This document shows positions 6,511 to 15,320 of a DNA stretch of 32,000 bases, piece after piece. The notes beneath the pieces were generated by a model. It was not told where the DNA came from and did not search any database. It saw only the letters and a list, made by a program, of their open reading frames with translations. Position 1 is the stretch's first letter; the number at the start of each line of letters is the position of its first letter. The translations under genes were made by a program, and so were the position numbers. Source of the stretch: a bacterium (lineage in GTDB: Bacteria; Patescibacteriota; JABMPQ01; JAUVWW01); assembly GCA_030603885.1 (NCBI GenBank), contig JAUVWW010000004.1, positions 70,464 to 102,463 of the forward strand, in the 5' to 3' direction.

Positions 6511-8322
6511 GTGAAAACTATGTTAGAAAATTTATCTACAATTCGAAATTTCTGTATTATCTCCCACATTGACCATGGAAAGTCTACTTTGGCCGATCGT
6601 CTTTTGGAATTGACAAAAACAGTAGAGAAGAGAAAGATGAGGGAGCAAGTGTTGGATCAGATGGATATTGAGAGGGAAAGAGGAATCACTATAAAGCTAC
6701 AGCCAGTGAGAATGGACTATAATCTAAACTCCAAACCCTATACCCTAAATCTAATTGATACTCCTGGTCATGTGGATTTTACTTATGAAGTCTCGAGGAG
6801 CCTGGCTGCTTGTGAGGGAGCTATTCTGCTTGTGGATGCAGCTCAAGGAATTCAGGCTCAGACCTTGTCTAATTATTATTTAGCTAAGGAAGAAGGTTTG
6901 GCTATTATACCAGTGGTTAACAAAATAGATCTGCCCAATGCTCAGCCTGATAAAGTAGCAAAAGATTTAGCTAAGCTTGTAGGGGCAGATGAAAAAGAGG
7001 TAATAAAAATCTCTGCTAAACTAGGAACCAACGTGGAAAAAGTTTTAGAAGCTATTGTGGAGAGAATTCCAGCTCCTAAAGGGAACCTAGAAAAACCTTT
7101 GCAAGCTTTGATTTTCGACTCAATATACGATGAGCACAGAGGTGTAATTGCCTTTGTTAGACTATTTGATGGTCAAATAAAGAAAGAAGAAGAGATAACT
7201 TTGCTTGGCACTAAAAGAGAATCTAAAGTTTTAGAAGTGGGAATATTCAAGCCAGAGCTTCTATCTAAAGATAGTCTAAGCGCTGGTGAGGTAGGCTATA
7301 TTGTGACTGGATTGAAAGAAGTTAAAGATTGTCGAGTTGGAGACACAATTACAATTTCAAACCTCGAGCCTCAAACCTCAGCTCTGCCTGGGTATAAACC
7401 AATCAAACCCATGGTCTTTGCTAGTTTCTTTTGTGCTGAGGGAGAAAATTATCCAAAACTAAAAGAAGGATTAGAAAAACTTTCTTTGAACGATGCTGCT
7501 CTAGGTTTTGAACCAGAGTCATCTAAAGCTTTAGGATTTGGTTTTCGATGTGGATTTTTAGGAGTACTACACATGGAAGTAGTGCAGGAAAGATTAGAAA
7601 GAGAGTACGATTTAGATTTGGTTATTACTGCACCTAGTGTATCCTACAGAGTAAGACCTAAAACTAAGAAACTAGAACTAGAAACTATCCATTCGCCGAC
7701 TGAGCTTCCAGAACCAAGCCAGATTGAAGAGATTCAAGAACCTTGGATAAAAATAGAAATTTTTTCCCCAAATCAATACCTTGGTCCAATAATGCAATTA
7801 GTCGAGAAATCGCGAGGCATATATAAAACAACAGAGTATCTTTCAGAAAGAGTAGCCCTGGTTTATGAAATGCCCCTAGCTTCCCTTATTCGTGATTTTT
7901 ATGATAAACTAAAAAGTGTTTCATCTGGTTATGCCTCTTTAAATTATCAATTTGTTGGATATAGGCCTGCTGATTTAGTTAAACTAGATATCCTGGTTGC
8001 TGGAGAAAAAGTAGAAGCCTTATCTTCGATTGTTCCAAAAGAAGAAGCTTATCGAGAAGGAAGAAGCTTGGTTAAACGCCTAAAAGAAATTATTCCAAGG
8101 CAACTTTTTGAAGTGGCTCTGCAGGCAGCTATTGGTTCTAAAATTATTGCTCGAGAAACCATTTCTGCCTTGAAAAAAGATGTAACAGCTAAACTTTATG
8201 GCGGAGATAGGACCAGAAAAGATAAACTGCTGGCCAAGCAAAGAAAAGGCAAAAAGAGGCTAAAGAGAATTGGGAAAGTAGATATTCCACAGGAAGCGTT
8301 TTTGGCCATATTAAAGAGATAA
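6511..8322 (+). CDS. lepA: Translation elongation factor 4 (LepA)
   Basis: IRNFCIISHIDHGKSTLADRLL, DTPGHVDFTYEVSRSL and NKIDL GTPase motifs. The C-terminal LepA-specific region ends in LYGGDRTRKDKLLAKQRKGKKRLKRIGKVDIPQEAF. GTG start with gaggt 9 nt upstream. Confidence 0.95.
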   Translation: MKTMLENLSTIRNFCIISHIDHGKSTLADRLLELTKTVEKRKMREQVLDQMDIERERGITIKLQPVRMDYNLNSKPYTLNLIDTPGHVDFTYEVSRSLAACEGAILLVDAAQGIQAQTLSNYYLAKEEGLAIIPVVNKIDLPNAQPDKVAKDLAKLVGADEKEVIKISAKLGTNVEKVLEAIVERIPAPKGNLEKPLQALIFDSIYDEHRGVIAFVRLFDGQIKKEEEITLLGTKRESKVLEVGIFKPELLSKDSLSAGEVGYIVTGLKEVKDCRVGDTITISNLEPQTSALPGYKPIKPMVFASFFCAEGENYPKLKEGLEKLSLNDAALGFEPESSKALGFGFRCGFLGVLHMEVVQERLEREYDLDLVITAPSVSYRVRPKTKKLELETIHSPTELPEPSQIEEIQEPWIKIEIFSPNQYLGPIMQLVEKSRGIYKTTEYLSERVALVYEMPLASLIRDFYDKLKSVSSGYASLNYQFVGYRPADLVKLDILVAGEKVEALSSIVPKEEAYREGRSLVKRLKEIIPRQLFEVALQAAIGSKIIARETISALKKDVTAKLYGGDRTRKDKLLAKQRKGKKRLKRIGKVDIPQEAFLAILKR

Positions 8323-8895
8323 ATGAAAAAACTTTCTAAAAAATTTTATGCCCGAGATCCGGCTCAAGTAGCTCAGGAGCTTTTAGGATATATCTTGGTA
8401 AGAAAGCTAAATAAGAAAGCTTTAAAAGGAAGGATAGTGGAAACAGAAGCTTATTATGGTAAAAAAGATCCTGCCTCCCGGGCTTATAAAGGTAAAACAA
8501 AGCTAGCTGAGTTAATGTGGAGCTCGCCAGGGACCATTTTTATTTATATGGTCCATAATAATTGGCTATTTAACATTGTTACTGGCAAGAAAGACCAACC
8601 TTCGGCTGTTTTAATTAGAGCTCTGGAGCCTTTTTGTGGAATAGAACATATGAAAAGAAAAAGAGGGCTAGGTGAAATAAAAAAACTTACCTCTGGACCA
8701 GGCAAGTTTACCCAAGCTTTTGGCTTAACTAAAGCAAAATATCATGGATTAGATATTACAAACATTAAAGATTTATATGTTGTAAGTGGTATAAAGAAAT
8801 TCGAGGTCAGAAGAAGTAAAAGAATAGGAGTAAGCCGAGATTTATCTCGAAATTTGAGATTTTATATAAAAGGAAATGAATTTGTATCTAGATAA
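8323..8895 (+). CDS. DNA-3-methyladenine glycosylase (Mpg/AAG family)
   Basis: FYARDPAQVAQELLGYILV...GRIVETEAYYGKKDPASRAY...SAVLIRALEP matches the MPG-family pattern. The ATG directly follows the lepA stop. Confidence 0.85.
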   Translation: MKKLSKKFYARDPAQVAQELLGYILVRKLNKKALKGRIVETEAYYGKKDPASRAYKGKTKLAELMWSSPGTIFIYMVHNNWLFNIVTGKKDQPSAVLIRALEPFCGIEHMKRKRGLGEIKKLTSGPGKFTQAFGLTKAKYHGLDITNIKDLYVVSGIKKFEVRRSKRIGVSRDLSRNLRFYIKGNEFVSR

Positions 8896-8905
8896 TTAGT
8901 AATAA

Positions 8906-8934
8906 TTGACTTTTAGAAAAAATTCTGTTACAAT
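8906..8934 (+). promoter_or_regulatory. Sigma70-type promoter
   Basis: TTGACT(8906-8911)-17 nt-TACAAT(8929-8934). It lies about 112 nt upstream of the 9047 ORF. Confidence 0.5.
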
Positions 8935-9046
8935 AGATTAGCGGAGTAGAGGAGCCAGGAGCCAAGCAATCATTCCAAAACAGATCAAAATGGTGAGTAT
9001 AATTAATATAATCCTTTTAATTGTTCCTTTTTTCATAGTTTAAGTT

Positions 9047-9637
9047 ATGTTTAAAGAATATTTTAGTCAAGAGCTAAAAGAAGGCGAAAAAGTAATAACT
9101 GTCATCAGAAAGCATTGGGCAAGCTTCCTTGGGCCTGTGATTAAAATTATAATTCTGCTTGTTATTCCTTTATTCTTCATGGGTTTCCTCTTTGCTCATG
9201 CCTTAGGAGTGCTTATATTTTTCGTTTGGGAGGCCGTAGCTTTAGCCTATGCCATTCATTCTTGGATCACTTGGTATTTTGATTGTTTTGTTATCACCGA
9301 TCAAAGGATTATTGATATTGATCAAAGAAGTACTTTTTCTAGAGAAGTGTCTGAGACTGCTTTAGCCAATATTCAAGATGTAACTTATAAAGTAGAAGGA
9401 GTATTGGCGACTATATTTAATTATGGAACAGTGGAAGTTCAAACAGCAGGGGCAAATCAGAAAATAGAAATAGATTGTGTTTTTGATCCAAAGGGTATCC
9501 AGGATTTAGTAGTTGGTGTACAAAAAGCTTCTGGAGCTGGTAAACTTGGCGGAGAAATGACAGCCAAAGAGCTAATTGAATTTATTGCTAAAGTAAAGAA
9601 AGAAGTGGAACAGGCGAAGGTTAAAGGAGAACAATAA
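9047..9637 (+). CDS. Membrane protein with bacterial PH (bPH_2/YdbT-like) domain
   Basis: EGEKVITVIRKHWASFLGPVIK followed by two TM helices, then ITDQRIIDIDQRS...VEVQTAG, as in YdbS/YdbT-type PH-domain proteins. Confidence 0.6.
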   Translation: MFKEYFSQELKEGEKVITVIRKHWASFLGPVIKIIILLVIPLFFMGFLFAHALGVLIFFVWEAVALAYAIHSWITWYFDCFVITDQRIIDIDQRSTFSREVSETALANIQDVTYKVEGVLATIFNYGTVEVQTAGANQKIEIDCVFDPKGIQDLVVGVQKASGAGKLGGEMTAKELIEFIAKVKKEVEQAKVKGEQ

Positions 9638-9703
9638 TATGAACGAAGTGAATATTTCAAGGTTCTCCAAAAGAGGTTCTTATAATATATTAGCATATAT
9701 ATC

Positions 9704-10102
9704 ATGTTATACAAGAGGAAAAGAACATTTTTAGAGAGATTAAGCTCCATGAGATTTCTTCTGATTGGTGGTTTAATATTTTTGATCTTTATTTCTATTG
9801 GGCTTTCAAAGGAAGTTCTAAGAAGGCATCAAATTAACAAAGAGATTGAAAGAGTTAAAAAAGAGATTGAAGACCTAGAAAAGAAAAATCAGGAACTTTC
9901 TTCTTTAGTAGATTATCTTTCCACAGAATCTTTTAAAGAAATACAAGCGAGAAGAGAACTTGGTTTTCAAAAAGAAGGGGAAACTGCTATTTCTATTCAG
10001 TCTAAAGAAGAGGAAGGAGAGGAAGTGAAAGAAGGAGAACAAAAAGAGGAGATATCTAGTTCTAAAAAATGGTGGAATTATTTCTTTGCTTCTAGGAGAT
10101 AG
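9704..10102 (+). CDS. Septum formation initiator (FtsB/DivIC-like)
   Basis: Single N-terminal TM helix, a coiled coil INKEIERVKKEIEDLEKKNQELSSLVDYL, then ESFKEIQARRELGFQKEGE, typical of FtsB/DivIC. Confidence 0.7.
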   Translation: MLYKRKRTFLERLSSMRFLLIGGLIFLIFISIGLSKEVLRRHQINKEIERVKKEIEDLEKKNQELSSLVDYLSTESFKEIQARRELGFQKEGETAISIQSKEEEGEEVKEGEQKEEISSSKKWWNYFFASRR

Positions 10103-10158
10103 ATAATAAAAGCTATTATAACAAAAAAGAGACCCTTTTAGGCACCCTCTTTTTTATT

Positions 10159-10233
10159 TGGAGCCGGCGACAGGATTCGAACCTGTGACTTGCTCTTTAC
10201 GAAAGAGCCACTCTACCACTGAGTTACGCCGGC
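10159..10233 (-). tRNA. tRNA-Thr (anticodon CGU), CCA encoded
   Basis: The reverse complement folds as gccggcg-ta-actc-agtggta-gagt-g-gctct-ttCGTaa-agagc-aagtc-acagg-ttcgaat-cctgt-cgccggc-t-cca. Confidence 0.9.
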
Positions 10234-10703
10234 AAATTTTTCGTAATTTTAATTTTATAATTTAGAAAATTTTTCTCTTCTTTGTCGAACCAAAAATCTC
10301 CTTTAAATTTTTTATTTTTTAAAAGTAAAGGAAGCCAATATTGATCATCAGGCCACATATAATCATAAGGTATCTGATCAATGGTTACCCATTTTAGCAT
10401 GCCTTCCTGGTTTGCTTTTGGTGAGCCGGAAAAAGAGTCAGTGGAAAAAATATAGACAATCCAGTCTGGCTTGGCTTTGTTGATGAAATGAAAATTCAAT
10501 TGGCCATGGCTGGCAATGCTTTTAATTATTAATCCAGTTTCCTCAGAAACCTCTCTCTTGGCAGCTTCTTCTGGTGTCTCATTACCTTTTATTTTTCCTC
10601 CGGGAGCATTCCATTTTCCACCACCAAAAAGTTTTTTCTTTTTTCTCTGAAGTAGGATCTTATTTCTTTTTCTTACATGGCAAAGAATGGCACGAACTGG
10701 CAT
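10224..10703 (-). CDS. Nudix hydrolase (MutT-like)
   Basis: Nudix box GGKIKGNETPEEAAKREVSEETGL (GX5EX7REUXEEXGU). The last 3 codons and the stop overlap the 5' acceptor arm of tRNA-Thr. Confidence 0.85.
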   Translation of the reverse strand: MPVRAILCHVRKRNKILLQRKKKKLFGGGKWNAPGGKIKGNETPEEAAKREVSEETGLIIKSIASHGQLNFHFINKAKPDWIVYIFSTDSFSGSPKANQEGMLKWVTIDQIPYDYMWPDDQYWLPLLLKNKKFKGDFWFDKEEKNFLNYKIKITKNLPA

Positions 10704-10721
10704 AATTATAAAATAAATTTT

Positions 10722-10796
10722 TGGAGCGGGAGACGGGGATCGAACCCGCGATCTCTTCCTTGGGAAGGAAGCATTCTACCACTGAACTACTCCCGC
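10722..10796 (-). tRNA. tRNA-Gly (anticodon CCC), CCA encoded
   Basis: The reverse complement folds as gcgggag-ta-gttc-agtggta-gaat-g-cttcc-ttCCCaa-ggaag-agatc-gcggg-ttcgatc-cccgt-ctcccgc-t-cca. Confidence 0.9.
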
Positions 10797-10839
10797 AAAT
10801 CGTTTTTATTATATTACTATTTGTTTCATTTGTAAAGCC

Positions 10840-10868
10840 TTGAATTATTGCTAAATAGATGTTAAAAT
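10840..10868 (+). promoter_or_regulatory. Sigma70-type promoter ahead of the baeRF-to-tRNA-Gln gene string
   Basis: TTGAAT(10840-10845)-17 nt-TAAAAT(10863-10868), 27 nt before the ATG at 10895. Confidence 0.45.
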
Positions 10869-10894
10869 GGATATATAAGTTCTTAATTTAAATT

Positions 10895-11989
10895 ATGCTC
10901 AACATCCAGGAGATCAAAACTCTTGAAGAAATCAAAACAAAAACTCCATCTATCATCAGTCTTTATCTAAACTGTGATCAAAGAGTCAGGACACCAGAGC
11001 AGATAAGGATTACCTTAAAGAATTTGTCAAAAGAGATTGAAGCTAAAGCAGACAAGAGAACATTGTCTAAGATTAAAGATTACATCAAGTTGAGACTTAA
11101 GCCAGGGACAAGAGGGCTGGCTTTTTTTGTTTGTCCCAAGATAGATCTTTGGAAAATTTATGAAGTGCCCCGGGCTTTTTTCAATCAAGTAGTTTGCGAT
11201 ACCTCACCCTATACAAGACCTCTTATAAAACTCTTAGATGAATTTGAAAGATATTGCGTAGTGGTATTAGACAAAGAAAAAGCCAGAGTGTTTACTGTTT
11301 ATCTTGGAGAAATTGAGGAACGCAAAGATGTATTTAGCCTTCCTAAATTTCCAGGAAAGCACGATCAAGGAGGATGGCGTCAGGCTAGGATGCAAAGACA
11401 TACAGAAGTTCACATAACGAGACTTATTAATAGCATAGCCAAGCAAATATTTTCATTTTTTAGAAAGAACAATTTTGATCGTCTTATTATAGCTGGCTCA
11501 AAAGAAGTGCTGCCTGAATTTGAGAAGAATATTCATTCTTACCTAAAGCAGCGTCTGGCTGGTAAATTTCTTACGGAAATGTTTATGCCCTTGAAACACT
11601 TCTTGGATCAATCTTTAAAAATAGAAGAGCAAGTGGAGAGGCAGAAGGAGAGTGAGTTAGTTAGTAAATTGAAAGAGAGCATAGGCAGAGCAAAGGGTGT
11701 GACTGGACTTGGCAAAGTTTTGTCTGCCGCTCAAAGAAAAGAGCTTCAAACTTTGCTTGTATTAATTGGATTTAGAAGAAAAGGCAAAGTTTGTGATGAT
11801 TGTGGTTTTATTAGTATCATCCCTCAACTAAAAGTCTGTCCTTATTGTAAAGAAAAGATGAAGGAGGCTGAGGATGTTATTGAAAGGCTACTTGAAGTAG
11901 CTTTAGAACAAGATGCTAAGGTAGAGTTTGTGAAAGATAACAAGGATTTAGAGAAGATGGGAAATATAGGAGCAATTTTAAGATTTTAA
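10895..11989 (+). CDS. Bacterial eRF1/Pelota-like protein (baeRF / Vms1-like release-factor fold) with inserted zinc ribbon
   Basis: 364 aa. GG-containing loop KHDQGGWRQARMQRH where eRF1-fold hydrolases carry GGQ or GxxQ. CDDCG...CPYC zinc ribbon. The C-terminal KMGNIGAILRF resembles the end of eRF1 domain 3. Assigned from memory of the baeRF/VLRF1 literature. Confidence 0.6.
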   Translation: MLNIQEIKTLEEIKTKTPSIISLYLNCDQRVRTPEQIRITLKNLSKEIEAKADKRTLSKIKDYIKLRLKPGTRGLAFFVCPKIDLWKIYEVPRAFFNQVVCDTSPYTRPLIKLLDEFERYCVVVLDKEKARVFTVYLGEIEERKDVFSLPKFPGKHDQGGWRQARMQRHTEVHITRLINSIAKQIFSFFRKNNFDRLIIAGSKEVLPEFEKNIHSYLKQRLAGKFLTEMFMPLKHFLDQSLKIEEQVERQKESELVSKLKESIGRAKGVTGLGKVLSAAQRKELQTLLVLIGFRRKGKVCDDCGFISIIPQLKVCPYCKEKMKEAEDVIERLLEVALEQDAKVEFVKDNKDLEKMGNIGAILRF

Positions 11990-11993
11990 TAGT

Positions 11994-12632
11994 ATGATTT
12001 TTAAAGATCGCATTGAGGCTGGTCAAAAGCTGGCCAAGGCTTTAGAAAAATACAAAGGACAAAAAGATACTATTATTTTAGGCTTGCCTCGAGGAGGAGT
12101 AGTGACTGGATTTGAAATAGCCAAGACCTTAGAGCTACCCTTAGATTTAGTTGTGCCTCGAAAAATCGGAGCTCCAGGTAATCCAGAATTTGCTATTGGA
12201 GCTATTACCGAAGAAGGGGAAGGGATTTTTAATGAGGGAGTGATAAGAGATTATGAAATTTCAAAAGAATATATTACAGGGACTGTGGAAGAGGAGAAAA
12301 AAGAAGCCCAAAGAAGACTTAAGACTTACCGAGGTGATCGATCACCTCTAGATTTAAAAGATAAAACAGTTATCCTAGTCGATGATGGCATTGCTACTGG
12401 TCTGACCATGCGAGTAGCTATTAAATCTGTAAAAAATAAAGATCCTAAGAAAATTGTAGTAGCTGTTCCTTGTGGAGCCAAAGACTCTATAGATCAGATA
12501 AAAAAAGACGTAGACGAAGTAATCTGCCTCCACGCTCCTATATTTTTTGGAGCAGTTGGTGCCTTTTATCGAGAATTTCCCCAGACCACAGATGAAGAGG
12601 TGATAGAGTTAATGAAGGAAAGCAAAAAGTAA
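11994..12632 (+). CDS. Phosphoribosyltransferase-family protein, paralogue 1
   Basis: FKDRIEAGQKLAKAL...ILGLPRGGVVTG and PRPP loop VILVDDGIATGLTM. 212 aa. Confidence 0.8.
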   Translation: MIFKDRIEAGQKLAKALEKYKGQKDTIILGLPRGGVVTGFEIAKTLELPLDLVVPRKIGAPGNPEFAIGAITEEGEGIFNEGVIRDYEISKEYITGTVEEEKKEAQRRLKTYRGDRSPLDLKDKTVILVDDGIATGLTMRVAIKSVKNKDPKKIVVAVPCGAKDSIDQIKKDVDEVICLHAPIFFGAVGAFYREFPQTTDEEVIELMKESKK

Positions 12633-12642
12633 ATCATTTTAT

Positions 12643-13281
12643 ATGATTTATAAAGACAGAACCGAAGCCGGACAAAAACTGGCAAAAGAGTTAGAAAAAT
12701 ATAAAGATAAAAATGTCATCGTCTTTGCTATTCCCAATGGGGGAGTACCAGTAGGATTTGAAATAGCTAAGAAGTTGGAATGTTCTTTGGATGTGATGAT
12801 AGTTCGAAAAATTCTTTACCCTTGGACCACCGAGGCTGGTTTTGGAGCAGTGGATCCAGAAGGAGGGGTTATTTTGGAGAAAGGTATACTTACCCAGTTA
12901 GGTATTACTAAGAGAATTATAGATGCTCAAGTAGAAAAAGCCAAGCAACAACTTAAAGGAAAAATTAAAAAATTTAGAAAAGAAAAAACTTATCCTGAAC
13001 TGAGAGGAAAAACAGCAATATTAGTAGATGATGGTCTGGCCACAGGATACTCTATGTTAGTATCTCTTAGATTTCTAAAAAAGAAGAAGCCAGATAAAAT
13101 TATTGTGGCTGTTCCCACTGCATCTCAAGGTGCATATGAAAAAATAAAGAAAGAAACAGATGAAATAGTTTGTCCAGATGTCAGAAGCGGCTTTCCTTTT
13201 GCCGTAGCTGATGCTTACAAAAAGTGGCATGATGTACCTGATGAGGAAGTTCTAGAATATTTAAAGAGAGTAAAAAAGTAA
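12643..13281 (+). CDS. Phosphoribosyltransferase-family protein, paralogue 2
   Basis: YKDRTEAGQKLAKEL...AIPNGGVPVG and AILVDDGLATGYSM. The same length (212 aa) as its neighbour and colinear with it. Confidence 0.8.
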   Translation: MIYKDRTEAGQKLAKELEKYKDKNVIVFAIPNGGVPVGFEIAKKLECSLDVMIVRKILYPWTTEAGFGAVDPEGGVILEKGILTQLGITKRIIDAQVEKAKQQLKGKIKKFRKEKTYPELRGKTAILVDDGLATGYSMLVSLRFLKKKKPDKIIVAVPTASQGAYEKIKKETDEIVCPDVRSGFPFAVADAYKKWHDVPDEEVLEYLKRVKK

Positions 13282-13282
13282 A

Positions 13283-14008
13283 ATGTCTAAGGTTTATATT
13301 GGTACATCAGGTTGGGCATATAACCATTGGATAGATGTATTTTACCCAGAAGATCTAAAACAAAAGGATTGGCTTGATTTTTATACCAAGCATTTTTCAA
13401 CTGTAGAACTTAATACCTCTTTTTATCACTTGCCTAAACCAAAGACTTTTTCTAATTGGAGAGCTCAAACGTCAAAAGATTTTATTTTTGCCGTCAAAAC
13501 CTCAAGATTCATCACCCACGTAAAGAAAATAAGAAATTGTAAGGAGCCTTGGAAGAGATTTATTGATTCTGCTAAAAATTTAAAAGAAAATTTAGGTCCA
13601 ATTTTATTTCAGCTTCCTCCTTTTCTGAAAGCTAATCCAAAAGTACTGGAAGATTTTTTAAAGATATTACCCAAGAAAAAATATTTATATGTTTTAGAAC
13701 CTCGGCATAAATCTTGGTTTGCAGATGATATTTACAAAATTTTAAAAAAGTATAACGTTGCTTTATGTATTGCTGACTCTCCTCAATGGCCTACTGAAGA
13801 AGTAATTACTTCAGATTTTATCTATATCCGTTTTCATGGAGGACAGATTCTTTACGGAAGTGAATATTCTTTGAATGAACTTAAAGTCTGGGCCAGGAAA
13901 ATTAAAAAATGGTTAAAACAAAAATTGGATGTTTATGTTTATTTCAACAACGATGCTGGCGGGTACGCAGTGAAGAATGCGAAACAACTAATAAAACTTG
14001 TTAAATGA
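13283..14008 (+). CDS. DUF72 (UPF0759/YecE-like) protein
   Basis: YIGTSGWAYNHWIDVFYP...FSTVELNTSFY...ILFQLPP matches the DUF72 family pattern. Confidence 0.8.
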   Translation: MSKVYIGTSGWAYNHWIDVFYPEDLKQKDWLDFYTKHFSTVELNTSFYHLPKPKTFSNWRAQTSKDFIFAVKTSRFITHVKKIRNCKEPWKRFIDSAKNLKENLGPILFQLPPFLKANPKVLEDFLKILPKKKYLYVLEPRHKSWFADDIYKILKKYNVALCIADSPQWPTEEVITSDFIYIRFHGGQILYGSEYSLNELKVWARKIKKWLKQKLDVYVYFNNDAGGYAVKNAKQLIKLVK

Positions 14009-14880
14009 AAAAACAAATACAGACCAAACTTCTTTTTCCTCAAATCCTCAAAAAACGTTCTCCGGAGGTTCATAAAAAAGCCTTGGCTAAGGTTTTGGTT
14101 GTGGCTGGATCAAAAGGAATGACTGGGGCCGCTGTTTTAGTATGTAAAACGGCCTATAGAGCTGGAGCAGGTATGGTTTGTCTTGCTTTTCCTGAAAGTC
14201 TCAAAGAGATTTATAAAGATCTTTTGCCTGAAGCCTTGACTTTGCCTTGTCCGACAACAAAGCAGGGAACTTTATCTAAAAGAGCCCTAAAGCCGATTTT
14301 AGAAAAATCAAAAGAATACGATGTGGTAGCCATTGGTCCTGGACTTTCTCAAAATCCAGAAACACAGCTGTTAATAAGGAACCTACTACCAAAGCTAGAA
14401 AAACCTGTTATACTAGATGCAGATGGATTGAATGCCATAAAAGAGGCTAGGATTTTACGCCAGAGAAAAATTCCTACTGTTATCACTCCTCATCCAGGAG
14501 AGATGGCCAGATTGCTTGGTATTAGGGTTGAGGCAGTGCAAAAAGACAGAGAGCATATTGCAGTTGGAGCAGCTAAGAAATTTAGAGCTATAGTCGTTTT
14601 AAAAGGTTACAACACTGTTGTTGCTTCCAAGCAGGGTAATGTAGTAGTTAATAAAACCGGTGGTCCAGCTTTGGCCACTGCAGGAACTGGGGATGTACTT
14701 TTAGGAATTATGTCTGTCCTTTGGGCAGAGAACCTAGCTTATCCTTTTGAGTCAGCAGCCACAGCAGTTTATCTTCATGGTCTGGCTGGAGATTTAGCAG
14801 CCAAAGAATTAGGCGAGCGAGCAGTGATAGCTTCAGATGTGATTAAATATTTACCAGTGACTTTTAAGATTTCTATATGA
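14005..14880 (+). CDS. nnrD: ADP-dependent NAD(P)H-hydrate dehydratase (YjeF C-terminal domain)
   Basis: VLVVAGSKGMTGAAVL, GPGLSQN, TPHPGEMARL and GGPALATAGTGDVLLG motifs. 4-nt ATGA overlap with DUF72. Confidence 0.85.
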   Translation: MKKQIQTKLLFPQILKKRSPEVHKKALAKVLVVAGSKGMTGAAVLVCKTAYRAGAGMVCLAFPESLKEIYKDLLPEALTLPCPTTKQGTLSKRALKPILEKSKEYDVVAIGPGLSQNPETQLLIRNLLPKLEKPVILDADGLNAIKEARILRQRKIPTVITPHPGEMARLLGIRVEAVQKDREHIAVGAAKKFRAIVVLKGYNTVVASKQGNVVVNKTGGPALATAGTGDVLLGIMSVLWAENLAYPFESAATAVYLHGLAGDLAAKELGERAVIASDVIKYLPVTFKISI

Positions 14881-15293
14881 AAAAATACGAAATCCTCGAA
14901 CATACCGCCGATCTAGAAATAAAAGCTTATGGAAAAGATCTAAAAGAGCTCTTTTGTAATATTGCCGAAGGAATGTTTTATAGTATCAGCCCTAAAACTG
15001 TAAAGGCTAAAATGATAAAGCCGCAAAAGAGAGAAAAGATTAGTATTAGCTCTTCAGACAGAGAAGCTTTACTTGTAGATTGGCTTAATGAACTTTTATA
15101 TCTTTATAATATCTCAAGACAGATATATATTGATTTCAAAATATCTAAACTTACTGACACAGAACTCGAAGCAGAGGTTTTAGGTGTTACTCCGGAGGAA
15201 GAAGAGGTATTAATCAAAGCAGCTACCTATCATGGTTTAAAGATAGAAAAGAAAGACGAAGTGTGGCAAGCAACTGTGGTATTCGATATATAA
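14877..15293 (+). CDS. Archease (RtcB activator)
   Basis: YEILEHTADLEIKAYGKDLKELF...IKAATYHGLKI...VVFDI is the archease signature. It overlaps nnrD by 4 nt. Confidence 0.9.
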   Translation: MKKYEILEHTADLEIKAYGKDLKELFCNIAEGMFYSISPKTVKAKMIKPQKREKISISSSDREALLVDWLNELLYLYNISRQIYIDFKISKLTDTELEAEVLGVTPEEEEVLIKAATYHGLKIEKKDEVWQATVVFDI

Positions 15294-15320
15294 AATAATA
15301 GTAATCTAGTAATAAAAATT

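Noticed and set aside
8938-9036. 32-codon hydrophobic minus-strand ORF (MKKGTIKRIILIILTILICFGMIAWLLAPLLR) in the 8896-9046 gap
   Set aside because: It has no SD or promoter. It lies antisense to the leader transcribed from the strong plus-strand promoter at 8906-8934. It is too short to support without conservation data.
9457-9750. Minus-strand ORF 9457..9750
   Set aside because: It overlaps the 3' end of the PH-domain gene and the 5' end of the FtsB-like gene in antisense and has no recognisable features.
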